This document shows, in pieces, positions 27,141 to 44,462 of a stretch of DNA of 64,000 nt; the stretch's first letter is position 1, and each line of letters begins with the position of its first letter. The stretch lies in sequence record PX670417.1. One strand, 5' to 3'. The position numbers were made by a program, and so were the translations under genes. The stretch comes from a phage. The notes under the pieces were generated by a model. That model did no database searches and was not told the DNA's origin. It saw only the letters and a program-made list of their open reading frames with translations.

Positions 27141-28289
27141 TTAAGCTGTTCTCTGCCATACATACAATACGAAGGATGGCTGTTCAACGCTAAATGCTTG
27201 ACCAGAACCAGTTGTGCCAGTTGTGCCAGAGTGAGAATGCTCACCTGCTCCGGTTACTGTTACTGTTGCTGAGTGGTTGTGAGAACCAATTGCAACAGTG
27301 TGGCTGTGAGCACCAATCCCAACCGTGTGATTATGCGCACCAATTGCTACAGAGTGAGTGTGGTTGTTAGCTGTTGTCAACGTAGCTCTTGGGTCATAGC
27401 TTGCCCCCTCAACCGATAAACCTCTCCAGCCACCATCAGCATAGCCACGGTTAATGAATGTTGTTTGTGTTAAGCCAGCAGCACTGGTTGTTCTGTTGCC
27501 ATAGTCGTAAGTAGATACGGTCTTGGTTCCGTAGTCAAACGTTGTAGTCCCTTTAGTGCCATAATCAAAAGCACTGATAGAGGCCGTTGCACCATGAGTG
27601 TGACCACCACCAGTGACGTACACTGAGTGGGTATGTGCAGGGATGTTATTAACCGTCAGTGCAGCAGTCTGTGAACCAAACGTTGAACCAACTGGCCTAG
27701 AATCACTATCATAACCTACAAGTGCTCTCCCTTTTGAGACTAACTCCCAAGTACCCCCACAAATTAAATATGTAGAGGGGTTTGCAGGATTCATAGAGAG
27801 ATGGATAGTACCTACTGGATAAGAAGCCTGAACAGCCTTGTACAAGTTATTTACTGCTCTTGCTGTAGCATACTTATCTGCATCTTCATTATAAAGGTTA
27901 GATGTTGTCCAGTTCTGGACATTACTTAAACCAACCTGCGCCTTAGTTGTATTGTGTGGGTTACTCTTGTCATTAATATGCTGTTGAATAAGACTATTAA
28001 CCTCTACTGAAGACATAATCTGTAGATTTTTTCTTGCCTCAGCTACATTAACAATATCTGATAAGTTATTTGCAGCAACTAACTGAAGAGCATTAATAAC
28101 ATTATCTAAACCAATTTGTGTTTTAGTAACACCATGAGGGTTATTTCTTAGGCTTGAGTGTGGAGCAAGTAATTGCTCAAGAGTACATCTCTTATCCTCA
28201 ATACCCTGCTTAAGATGGAAGATATCACTAAGGTCAATTGGTAAGGCTGCTTGAGGCAAGGCACTAATTTGAATTTCACCTACTGCCAT
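27141..28289 (-). CDS. tail fiber protein with His-rich (HxH repeat) C-terminal tip
   Basis: 382 aa; repeated NPHxxTKxQxGLxNV motifs; C-terminal HTHSVAIGAHNHTVGIGAHSHTVAIGSHNHS. Confidence 0.65.
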   Translation of the reverse strand: MAVGEIQISALPQAALPIDLSDIFHLKQGIEDKRCTLEQLLAPHSSLRNNPHGVTKTQIGLDNVINALQLVAANNLSDIVNVAEARKNLQIMSSVEVNSLIQQHINDKSNPHNTTKAQVGLSNVQNWTTSNLYNEDADKYATARAVNNLYKAVQASYPVGTIHLSMNPANPSTYLICGGTWELVSKGRALVGYDSDSRPVGSTFGSQTAALTVNNIPAHTHSVYVTGGGHTHGATASISAFDYGTKGTTTFDYGTKTVSTYDYGNRTTSAAGLTQTTFINRGYADGGWRGLSVEGASYDPRATLTTANNHTHSVAIGAHNHTVGIGAHSHTVAIGSHNHSATVTVTGAGEHSHSGTTGTTGSGQAFSVEQPSFVLYVWQRTA

Positions 28290-28291
28290 TA

Positions 28292-36289
<7,998 letters not shown>

Positions 36290-36290
<1 letters not shown>

Positions 36291-36529
36291 TACATTTTTC
36301 CTGCTCTTCTAAGTTCGTTGTAAGCAATTTCCTCTTTATACGACCTCTGAATTTCAAGAAATTGTCTCAATGATAATAAATCAGAGAATGTCATAGCAAA
36401 GAGTTGGTCAAGTGTTTCTTTACACCCTTCCATACCATAAATAGCAAGCACAAATTTCATCTCGTCTGCTTCTTCATAGGTTGCCTCTACAGCAGCATCA
36501 GTCAGTGGTGTCTGTAGAGTGTTACCCAT
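36290..36529 (-). CDS. tail assembly chaperone, -1 frame partner (possible frameshift product segment)
   Basis: 79 aa ORF in -1 frame relative to 36532-36930, ATG 2 nt after its stop, no RBS, frame open upstream. Confidence 0.35.
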
Positions 36530-36531
36530 GT

Positions 36532-36930
36532 TTACTGAGAAGTTAGGCTTTTGAAAATGCTTGCTTCGAAAAAACTTCCGAAGTTTGCCTCCAGCGCAAA
36601 TGCTAAGTAGTCAATAAATTCACCATAGTTTGCTTGGAAGTATGTATCAATATTAAGTGGGAAGTCATCAACAGTCGCCCCTTGAAATAGTAATGTAGCC
36701 ATTTCTTCAAGGTTAATTTCTTCAATTCTGTCAAAACAAGCTTCAACAAGTTCTTTAAATGGAACCATTGGAGCTTCTTTCTTATCTTTATCCGTAAGAC
36801 TTGATAGCATCTGTGCAAATGTTGGCACAACAATTTTACCCAACTTCATAGACATCTTAATACCGTCTCTTGCCCCAAGCAGAATGATATTTACTTTCTT
36901 ACCATTAATTACTCTAGATTCTGTTTTCAT
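36532..36930 (-). CDS. tail assembly chaperone
   Basis: 132 aa; position between tube and tape measure. Confidence 0.45.
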   Translation of the reverse strand: MKTESRVINGKKVNIILLGARDGIKMSMKLGKIVVPTFAQMLSSLTDKDKKEAPMVPFKELVEACFDRIEEINLEEMATLLFQGATVDDFPLNIDTYFQANYGEFIDYLAFALEANFGSFFEASIFKSLTSQ

Positions 36931-37003
36931 TGTGATTCCTTAATACTTTTAAAAGAAACAAAAAAGGGGAAGACCTTTTAAAGTCTCCCCCTTATAGGAT
37001 TTA

Positions 37004-37450
37004 TTAAACACTTGACGCTGGAATTGTAGAAGTGTAGTCTAGCTTCTCACAACCAAAAATCCAAGTTTTAGAGTTCTGGTCACGACCAAGTTCAATCTGT
37101 GGCAATTCCTGCAACCAAGCATTAATACCAGTTGCCAGAACAGAGCCTGATGGGTCGTAGATTACGAAGTTAGAAGAGATATCTTCTTCAAGTTCCATAT
37201 TGTCTTGTTTAGCTTGAATTGCAGAAAGCATCTGGTTAGAGAGAGAAGTCTGCATTAGCTCAATCTCAATAGTACCTGTCTTGTCTGCATTTCTTGTCAG
37301 AGCAACCTGACCACCTGCACCTACAACTGGTGTAATAAGTGGTGATGTTCTCTGTAGACGTAAGAATGAGTCTGGGGCAAAGCCTTCAATGGCAATACCA
37401 TTCCAGCTACATACAACGTCTTTAGGGGAATATTGCTGATACATAGCCAT
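37004..37450 (-). CDS. tail tube protein
   Basis: 148 aa following sheath gene. Confidence 0.45.
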   Translation of the reverse strand: MAMYQQYSPKDVVCSWNGIAIEGFAPDSFLRLQRTSPLITPVVGAGGQVALTRNADKTGTIEIELMQTSLSNQMLSAIQAKQDNMELEEDISSNFVIYDPSGSVLATGINAWLQELPQIELGRDQNSKTWIFGCEKLDYTSTIPASSV

Positions 37451-37465
37451 TCCAATTTACCTCTA

Positions 37466-38818
37466 TTATTCGTAAGCCACTGTACCTTTCAAGTCAACAT
37501 CCAAGATAGCACCTGCTAAGATACCTGCGAAGGTAACGTCTTTCAGGATACGAGCTTTCTTGTCTGCCAAAGCAACTTGAGAGGCTTTAGGAACATTAAC
37601 TGTGTAAGATGACAGGAAGTTTCTGTTAACTGCTCTTTGTAGAGAGGTTTCAATGACTTGACGAATACGGGTAATACCAGTATCATCATAAGTAATCTTA
37701 CCACCCTTCTGATTAATTAGCAAGTCTCTCAGAGAAGTTTTCAGGTCTGATTCTAACCAGTCAACACCACGGATGATGTCAATCCATTCCCCACCAGAAG
37801 TAATCCCTCTACGAACCACTGGAACACCACCATCAAGGTCAATAAAGTTACAGTGACGTGCATCTAAAGCAGACTTCTGAATGCTTGTCAGAGGTCTCTG
37901 ATTAGATGGCTGTAGAGAAGCAGTTACACCAGTTAACTGTGCATTACCCCAAGCAATTGAACCTGCATCATATGGAGCGCCATAAGCAATGTATGCCATC
38001 TCTGGATAATCTTCTGCTGCTGTGTGATGCCACAAACAAACTGTACGAGTGTACATATTCTTAGCAAGCTGTGCTGGGACATCATTTGCACTAGCCAATT
38101 CTGTACCTTGTAGTGCTGCTACATCAGAGTTAGCCGTGAAGAAGACTTTTTTACGAGCCTGAATCTCGGAAGCCATTGCTAAGACAAACTGTTGAGTTCT
38201 ATCTTCTGCTGCAATGAAATACCAGTCGGTAGAGTAGGTCTCGATGGCTGCCAGAGCAGTTGATGCTGTATCAGCAGTTGTACTTGCAACATATACAGTC
38301 TGTGCTGTAGTTGTTACTTTCACAAAGTCATTATCACCAGCTTTGGTAATAATCATTGTGGCAGAACCATTGCTACCAGTTACGTTCACAGAAACCTTAT
38401 CTTTGATTGTTGGGTCAGCTTCAATCTGTGTTTTAAACTGTTGCAACACGTTTTCAGCAGTGTCTTCAGCTTGCGCTGTATACTGATATGGTTGAGAAAT
38501 TCCACCGCCAGCAGCTACAGTAATTGAGTAGTCTGTGCTTTCAGTAACGGCATTAGGAATTGATACAGTGTACTGCATAGCACGTCTACCAATATAAAGC
38601 TGAGTTACTTTAGGAGTCTGACTCCAAAGTTGTTTAGCAGCCTTATATGCAGCAGTATTCTCATCGAAATCTTCAGCAACTTCAGTTAAGGAAGTGTAAC
38701 CACGAACTCTTTCTTCAAAATTATCTGTTGAAGCTAAGAATAGTGGCAAACCAAAACCTTCTCTTGTAGTTCCTGCGGTGTTCAATGTAATATCTACATT
38801 AACAATTGGATTCCACAT
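37466..38818 (-). CDS. tail sheath protein
   Basis: 450 aa; position sheath-tube-chaperone-TMP. Confidence 0.5.
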   Translation of the reverse strand: MWNPIVNVDITLNTAGTTREGFGLPLFLASTDNFEERVRGYTSLTEVAEDFDENTAAYKAAKQLWSQTPKVTQLYIGRRAMQYTVSIPNAVTESTDYSITVAAGGGISQPYQYTAQAEDTAENVLQQFKTQIEADPTIKDKVSVNVTGSNGSATMIITKAGDNDFVKVTTTAQTVYVASTTADTASTALAAIETYSTDWYFIAAEDRTQQFVLAMASEIQARKKVFFTANSDVAALQGTELASANDVPAQLAKNMYTRTVCLWHHTAAEDYPEMAYIAYGAPYDAGSIAWGNAQLTGVTASLQPSNQRPLTSIQKSALDARHCNFIDLDGGVPVVRRGITSGGEWIDIIRGVDWLESDLKTSLRDLLINQKGGKITYDDTGITRIRQVIETSLQRAVNRNFLSSYTVNVPKASQVALADKKARILKDVTFAGILAGAILDVDLKGTVAYE

Positions 38819-39418
38819 TTATTTTACCCCTTTGGAGTCTACATCTAGATGGATAGTATATTCTGGTGGCTCTTGTCCTTCTTCATAAACTAACTCACCA
38901 TCAACAATGACACGCTCAATAATACTTCCACGTTCATCTTTCAGGACTGAGTTTTTTACAAGAGTTACAACAAGAGGTGCAGAATTTTCGAAATCTGTAT
39001 TGAGATAAGTATAATCATTTGGAATTGCTCCAGTGTCTAGTACTGTAGCTCCTGTTTCTTCAAGGATTAAATCTCTTACTGAACTCATCTCTAATCGTTG
39101 TTTAAGCTCAAGCATAATACTATGAGCACCTTTACCATTTACCGTAATTAATACAGGAATCTGAAAAGCAATTCTGTAACAAACTACATCATCCTCAACA
39201 AACTTATCAAGAACCCAACCATAAGGTGTTGCAGCATCTTGACAGTATACGGTGATAAATGGTTGGTCAGGTTTTAAACCTTTGTCATTCGAGTTATCAG
39301 AAGGGTAAGCTCTAATTACGTTTGGCCTATTATTTTTATCACGAGCTAGTCTGTGACCAATAACATCCACTAAGGTTCTAACTAGACCTTTTTCAAGTTC
39401 TGCTGTTTCTAACTGCAT
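38819..39418 (-). CDS. head-tail joining / tail completion protein
   Basis: 199 aa; position. Confidence 0.35.
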   Translation of the reverse strand: MQLETAELEKGLVRTLVDVIGHRLARDKNNRPNVIRAYPSDNSNDKGLKPDQPFITVYCQDAATPYGWVLDKFVEDDVVCYRIAFQIPVLITVNGKGAHSIMLELKQRLEMSSVRDLILEETGATVLDTGAIPNDYTYLNTDFENSAPLVVTLVKNSVLKDERGSIIERVIVDGELVYEEGQEPPEYTIHLDVDSKGVK

Positions 39419-39794
39419 TCATTTTATCCCTTCTAATAATGATATATTCATAATGGGACGTATGGGCTAATTGTTGTGACCAATCCATAGTCATAAATAC
39501 TTCATACTCATGACCATCAATCATAACAATGTCAGACTCATTCCACTCCACATCATCTGAAGTTCTAAGTTTATATGTAGTATACAGGATTCTTGTATCG
39601 GTGAGTCTAATACCTTCCGGTAAAGCAATCTGTGTACCGTTCTTTACAGAACCTTTGATGTATGGCTGAATATTACCTTTGCAGTTAACCTCAACAATAT
39701 CTTGTGAAGATACCCAATCACCATCATCATTATAATAACCGTCTTCAGAGACTTTACGCTTTACTACAAAGCTGTGTCTGTTTAAGAGTCTCAT
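39393..39794 (-). CDS. head-tail joining protein
   Basis: 133 aa; position. Confidence 0.35.
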   Translation of the reverse strand: MRLLNRHSFVVKRKVSEDGYYNDDGDWVSSQDIVEVNCKGNIQPYIKGSVKNGTQIALPEGIRLTDTRILYTTYKLRTSDDVEWNESDIVMIDGHEYEVFMTMDWSQQLAHTSHYEYIIIRRDKMNAVRNSRT

Positions 39795-40273
39795 TTTTTA
39801 ATACCCTTCTTAGTAGAAATTTTATAAGCAAGGTTATCCCTTAAGTCACCTGTCTCAACAAGAGGTGCGTTAAAACCTTTTTTCTTGACTGTGGAAGGTG
39901 CGTTAGGAGGGAGGATAGCAGAATTACCAAAGCCTCTTTTAATTGCCTTTTGAGCATTCTTTGCAAATACTTCTAAGGTATCTGAAGGGTCTGTGTTGAG
40001 ACTGCTAAGTTGCTTATATAGATTCTTCTTAGTCTGCTCTAACAAGGTCTGTCTGTTTAGCATCATAGTGATTTCAAACAACCTACGATATACTTTACCA
40101 GAAGCTGAAGGAACTCCAATGACTTCTTGTAAATACATTAAAGCAGGATAAGAAAAACCAGAGCTATGTTGACCTTGTTCTTGAAAATACCCAACTTGAG
40201 CATTAGCCGTTTGCAAGTTCTTCATAGCCCCGACTAATTTTGCTCTAGCGGGGTGAATAACCCTTTTAACCAT
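39791..40273 (-). CDS. head-tail connector/adaptor protein
   Basis: 160 aa; position. Confidence 0.35.
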   Translation of the reverse strand: MVKRVIHPARAKLVGAMKNLQTANAQVGYFQEQGQHSSGFSYPALMYLQEVIGVPSASGKVYRRLFEITMMLNRQTLLEQTKKNLYKQLSSLNTDPSDTLEVFAKNAQKAIKRGFGNSAILPPNAPSTVKKKGFNAPLVETGDLRDNLAYKISTKKGIKK

Positions 40274-40722
40274 TATTCATCTCGCTCGATAATAAATACG
40301 CCATTAACACGGTTGCAGTAATCTCTGCCTTCGTATCTGGCAGCATCACCATATTCTGTGTATTTCTTGACAGAGCAAGGATTCTGACGACGCATGTCAA
40401 TATCACACTGGTTAATACCACCTGCATAGGGTAGTCCTGAAACAGAGCTTTTAACAAGGTCGTCATAAACAGCTTTCAGAGATTTGAATCTGGAAGAGTT
40501 ACGTAAGTAAACACCACCAACTTTCTCATCTCCCATCTTGGCTACTTGAAAGAGTAAATATTTAAGAGCTTTGATGGCTGCTTTCTTTTCATCCTTTCCA
40601 GATTCTAGATAGAACCACTCTAGCACAGACTGCTCAATAAGAATCTCATCATTATTGGTGTCTGTGCAGAGGATTCTTACTCTATCAAGAGGGTTATTGG
40701 CTGGGTCGCCTGTATAACACAT
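40273..40722 (-). CDS. head completion protein
   Basis: 149 aa; position. Confidence 0.35.
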   Translation of the reverse strand: MCYTGDPANNPLDRVRILCTDTNNDEILIEQSVLEWFYLESGKDEKKAAIKALKYLLFQVAKMGDEKVGGVYLRNSSRFKSLKAVYDDLVKSSVSGLPYAGGINQCDIDMRRQNPCSVKKYTEYGDAARYEGRDYCNRVNGVFIIERDE

Positions 40723-40742
40723 TCATAACCCTCCTAAGTTTA

Positions 40743-41849
40743 TCAGCCACCTTGAGCGTCAGCGCGAACATCTACCAGCAACTGAGGACGAGTACAGTAT
40801 GGCAGCATGTAAGAGTGAGCTTCGAAGTCAATACCTTCGTCACGGTCTTTTTCGTATTCGAATACGTACAGTTCCTGACCAAGTGTATTTGCATAACCCA
40901 TCTTAGGACATGGACCGTATGCAACTTCGAAGATGTTGTTTGCTTCACCCAGCATAGAAACGTTAGGGAAAGCATGACCAACACCAACAGTGTCTGCTAC
41001 GCTATCAATGCTCACCAGAGTGTGAACCTTACCACGCTTGTCTTTGAACTTACCGTTGTACTGGACAAACTTAACACCACCGTAGTAGAAAGTGTTCATG
41101 TGAGCCTGAACGCCGTCAGTACCACCAGTTCTCAGAGAACCAGTAATCTGTTGCCAAGCCAGCGGAGTCTGCTGTGCAAGATAAGCGTCACGAATCTTAG
41201 GATGCTTAACCAGCTTGCTGAAGAATACACGGTCAACAACTACGTGAATTTCTTCACCGTTGATTACAGTGCCAGTCTTAGCTTCGTCTTCCATGTGCAT
41301 ACGCAGTTCTTCAATAGAAGCGTCGATATCAGCATTAGGGTTGTCAAGGTCGAAGTAAATAGTCTTCTTCTCAACATCGAACTGCTTGTACAGGTCAGCG
41401 TACAGAGTACCACGAGCATCAACAACTTTACCCTTCAGAGCTTGCATAAACAGGAACTCACGAGTAATATCGAACTTGGTACGAATCTTCATCAGCTTCT
41501 TAGCACGTACTACAGCTTCAGTGGTCAGTTCGTTTGCAGTGCCTGGCTGACGTACACCCTGAATTTCATCAGGAGTGATGCTTTCAACTTCTTTGAAGTA
41601 CATCATTGGGAAGCTGATTTGACGAACACGCTCAGGTGCGCTAGTCTCTGCTTTGCGGCTATCACGGTCTACCGCATCAAGCAAGCTAACATCCCAATCA
41701 GTCAAGTCCATAAGGAAAGTAGTTTGGGTGATTGGTGCTGAACGGAACAGACCTAAGTTGGAAATATACCCATAAGTGTTTGGGATAGACTGGACTTCAC
41801 CAGTCAGGTCAGCAAGGAAAAATCTGCTTTTTTCAGAATTAGTCAACAT
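40743..41849 (-). CDS. major capsid protein (lambda gpE-like)
   Basis: 368 aa; GGAGA RBS; C-terminal similarity to lambda E; follows decoration and protease genes. Confidence 0.7.
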   Translation of the reverse strand: MLTNSEKSRFFLADLTGEVQSIPNTYGYISNLGLFRSAPITQTTFLMDLTDWDVSLLDAVDRDSRKAETSAPERVRQISFPMMYFKEVESITPDEIQGVRQPGTANELTTEAVVRAKKLMKIRTKFDITREFLFMQALKGKVVDARGTLYADLYKQFDVEKKTIYFDLDNPNADIDASIEELRMHMEDEAKTGTVINGEEIHVVVDRVFFSKLVKHPKIRDAYLAQQTPLAWQQITGSLRTGGTDGVQAHMNTFYYGGVKFVQYNGKFKDKRGKVHTLVSIDSVADTVGVGHAFPNVSMLGEANNIFEVAYGPCPKMGYANTLGQELYVFEYEKDRDEGIDFEAHSYMLPYCTRPQLLVDVRADAQGG

Positions 41850-41882
41850 TGTAAAATTCTCCAGAATGTCTTATTATTGTTA

Positions 41883-42260
41883 TTACAGGCCAGTTGGTAC
41901 GAAATCAATACCTTTAGCAGCCAGAGCTTTCTTGACTGCATCAGCATCAACGCTTGACTCAAGAGTTAGCATGTCTTTTAATTCTGCATCACGGTAAATA
42001 CCAACAACTTTCAACTGACCGTGGTAAGACAGTTGCAGGTCTGCATAAAAGTTAACGATACATACAGAATCAGCCTGAGTTTCTTCCCCAGCTTGTACCT
42101 TAGTACCATCTGCTTTCAGAACTTCGCCTACACGGTATTCTGTTGAAGCAACCGGAGTGTACTCTTTACGAGAGTGGCCTGTTGGGGTAACCTGTTCCCA
42201 AAGAATGATATCATTCAGAGGTTCTCTTTCACCTAACTTAGTAAAACCTTGATATGCCAT
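41883..42260 (-). CDS. head decoration protein (lambda gpD-like by position)
   Basis: 125 aa immediately upstream of capsid gene. Confidence 0.45.
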   Translation of the reverse strand: MAYQGFTKLGEREPLNDIILWEQVTPTGHSRKEYTPVASTEYRVGEVLKADGTKVQAGEETQADSVCIVNFYADLQLSYHGQLKVVGIYRDAELKDMLTLESSVDADAVKKALAAKGIDFVPTGL

Positions 42261-42271
42261 TATTGTGTTCC

Positions 42272-43618
42272 TTATTTGATAAGAGATTTTAGAGCATTCT
42301 GGAGAGCCAGTTTGCGTTGTTCAGCGGTGTCTTCGGAAGCATTCTTAGCTGGTTCTTTTTCTTCTTCAACCAAATCAGCTTCGCCGTCATTACCCATTTC
42401 TTCCATAGCATTGGAATGTTCAAGAACAGCACCAGCAGTTTCTTTCAGCTTGGTAATTTCTGATTCTTTTTCTTCCATTGCAGAAGCGTGGGATGCGATA
42501 GTTTCATTAAGTTTCTGGTTAGCACCTTCCATAGCATTCATAAACAGAACACTCAGAGGGTTATCAAGACCAGCACCTAAAATAGTCGTTGCAGCTTCTT
42601 TTGCATCAAATCCAAAAGCTTCAGCAGAAGCAGAAATCTTATTAGTCAAATCTGACAAAGCAGCTTCCTGTTCTTTAGCTTTCATTTGAGCAACCTGAAG
42701 ACGCAAAGCTTCTAGTTCTTGCTTTTCTTGTTCAGTCATTTCTTCACCTGAATTGTTAACGTTTAAACTTACAGGAGCCTCTTCAGAACCTTGTAAGTAA
42801 TTTAAGAAATCATCTTGAGACATGATTGAGTTAATTAAACCAAGTTCAAGAGCTTCCTGAGCAGAATAAACATTCGCCTCAGTATTCTTTACAGCTTCTT
42901 CAGAGAGATTACGTGATTCAGCTACAAAACCTGTGAAGGTTGCGTAGGTATCATTAATTCTCTTTTGAAGTCTTTCTTTGCTTTCTTCTGAAAGTGCTTG
43001 GAATGGTGAACCCATACCTTTAAACTCACCAGCTTTGATGACGTTAATTGTTACGCCATTCTTTTCAAATGCCTTAGTTAATTCCTGATGAACCATGATT
43101 ACACCAATAGAACCAACATCTGCATCTGGTGATGCAATAATTTCTTCAGCAGAAGATGCAAGAGCATATGCAGCGGAACAAGCGAACTCATCTACATAAG
43201 CAATAATTTTCTTTTGGCCTCTTGAAGCCATAATGTGACGTGCTAATTCAAAGCAACCTGAAGCTTCACCACCACCAGAATCAATATGCAGAACAATAGT
43301 CTTAATTGACTCATCTGCTAAAGCTTCGTCAAAGCCTCTGCGTAAACCTTCATAAGAGCTTAAACCACCTGTACACATTGCATCAATGAATGTCATACGA
43401 TGAGTTAAACCACCCATAATAGGAATAATAGCAATGTCATCTTTTACTTTTAAAAGACTTCTTGCTTCACCTTTGGGTTTATCAAAGTTTACTGCTGCTT
43501 GGACATCACCCAGCAATCTGTTATTCACATAGGTTGCTGCTGAGTGAGCTAATGATTCAGTGGCTAGTAAAGGTTGGTTGAACAATCTATCAGCAAGTCT
43601 GAAGATATTCGAACTCAT
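42272..43618 (-). CDS. prohead protease / minor capsid protein C (S49 SppA-like peptidase)
   Basis: 448 aa; S49-like core TIVLHIDSGGGEASG...; charged helical C-terminal scaffold-like half. Confidence 0.65.
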   Translation of the reverse strand: MSSNIFRLADRLFNQPLLATESLAHSAATYVNNRLLGDVQAAVNFDKPKGEARSLLKVKDDIAIIPIMGGLTHRMTFIDAMCTGGLSSYEGLRRGFDEALADESIKTIVLHIDSGGGEASGCFELARHIMASRGQKKIIAYVDEFACSAAYALASSAEEIIASPDADVGSIGVIMVHQELTKAFEKNGVTINVIKAGEFKGMGSPFQALSEESKERLQKRINDTYATFTGFVAESRNLSEEAVKNTEANVYSAQEALELGLINSIMSQDDFLNYLQGSEEAPVSLNVNNSGEEMTEQEKQELEALRLQVAQMKAKEQEAALSDLTNKISASAEAFGFDAKEAATTILGAGLDNPLSVLFMNAMEGANQKLNETIASHASAMEEKESEITKLKETAGAVLEHSNAMEEMGNDGEADLVEEEKEPAKNASEDTAEQRKLALQNALKSLIK

Positions 43619-43629
43619 TTTTACTCACC

Positions 43630-43962
43630 CTATTTGTTTAAATCTACAGAGACTGAAGAGATAACATAGATACCTTCTTCAGCAAAGAATTGAGGTTTGC
43701 TAAGAGCACCAGTTGCCACGCATTTATCGTTAGCATCCCACAAGCTATAGTGTGAGACCGTTGCAGAAGCTGGGACAGTAATATTAACTGTGTCTTCTGA
43801 GGCAATCAAGCCATTATCCGGTTCAGAAAAATAAATAGCCACTGGCTGAGTAACCTTATTTGCTGTAGGGTCTGCCGTTGGGTCTACATTGTGTAAAATA
43901 ATAGTCGTTGGGGTTAGCGTGGCGAGGATTTTATTCTTACCATCAATAGTTAATGTTCCCAT
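43630..43962 (-). CDS. hypothetical virion-module protein
   Basis: ORF track 110 aa. Confidence 0.4.
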   Translation of the reverse strand: MGTLTIDGKNKILATLTPTTIILHNVDPTADPTANKVTQPVAIYFSEPDNGLIASEDTVNITVPASATVSHYSLWDANDKCVATGALSKPQFFAEEGIYVISSVSVDLNK

Positions 43963-44462
43963 TAATTAAACCTTACTTTTTGTTTAAGGACTGTTGAATG
44001 GTTACCAGATTCATCTACCACATTTACAATCATATCATATACTTTACCTTTGACAAGTACTTTGTAATCATTTTGTGAAAAAATGTATTCAAGTCTATTT
44101 GTTTCTTTGTTAACTGTCATTGGAGATTGAAATGCAGTGTCGAGGGTAATGAAAGCGGCTTCAATGCTATTAACATTGACACGTTTATTCTCGCAGTTAT
44201 ATAACTTTACACCCAAAAGGCATGAACTGTCAAATGGAATTTTAACAATTTCACTACAATTTCCTGAAATAAACGATTTTCCACTCATTGGTGCATCAAG
44301 TAACCTACAAATAGTGAAAACGTCAGAGATTCCACCATCACTAACATAACCTGAAAGGCTGACCCTTGAGACAGCCTCTACAGATAACTTGTCAGTAATG
44401 ATAAGGACACCTCTATACGAATGCACTCGTGTAGCATTTGAAATAGAGATAACTTCAGCCAT
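43962..44462 (-). CDS. hypothetical virion-module protein
   Basis: ORF track 166 aa. Confidence 0.4.
   Translation of the reverse strand: MAEVISISNATRVHSYRGVLIITDKLSVEAVSRVSLSGYVSDGGISDVFTICRLLDAPMSGKSFISGNCSEIVKIPFDSSCLLGVKLYNCENKRVNVNSIEAAFITLDTAFQSPMTVNKETNRLEYIFSQNDYKVLVKGKVYDMIVNVVDESGNHSTVLKQKVRFN

Noticed and set aside
40752-41741. 329-aa ORF on plus strand
   Set aside because: Lies entirely antisense to the major capsid gene (40743-41849) in a minus-strand operon, with Leu/Ser/Val-rich composition typical of antisense frames; treated as spurious.
42249-42689. 146-aa plus-strand ORF
   Set aside because: Antisense to the S49 protease gene; Ser/Ala-rich, no RBS; spurious.
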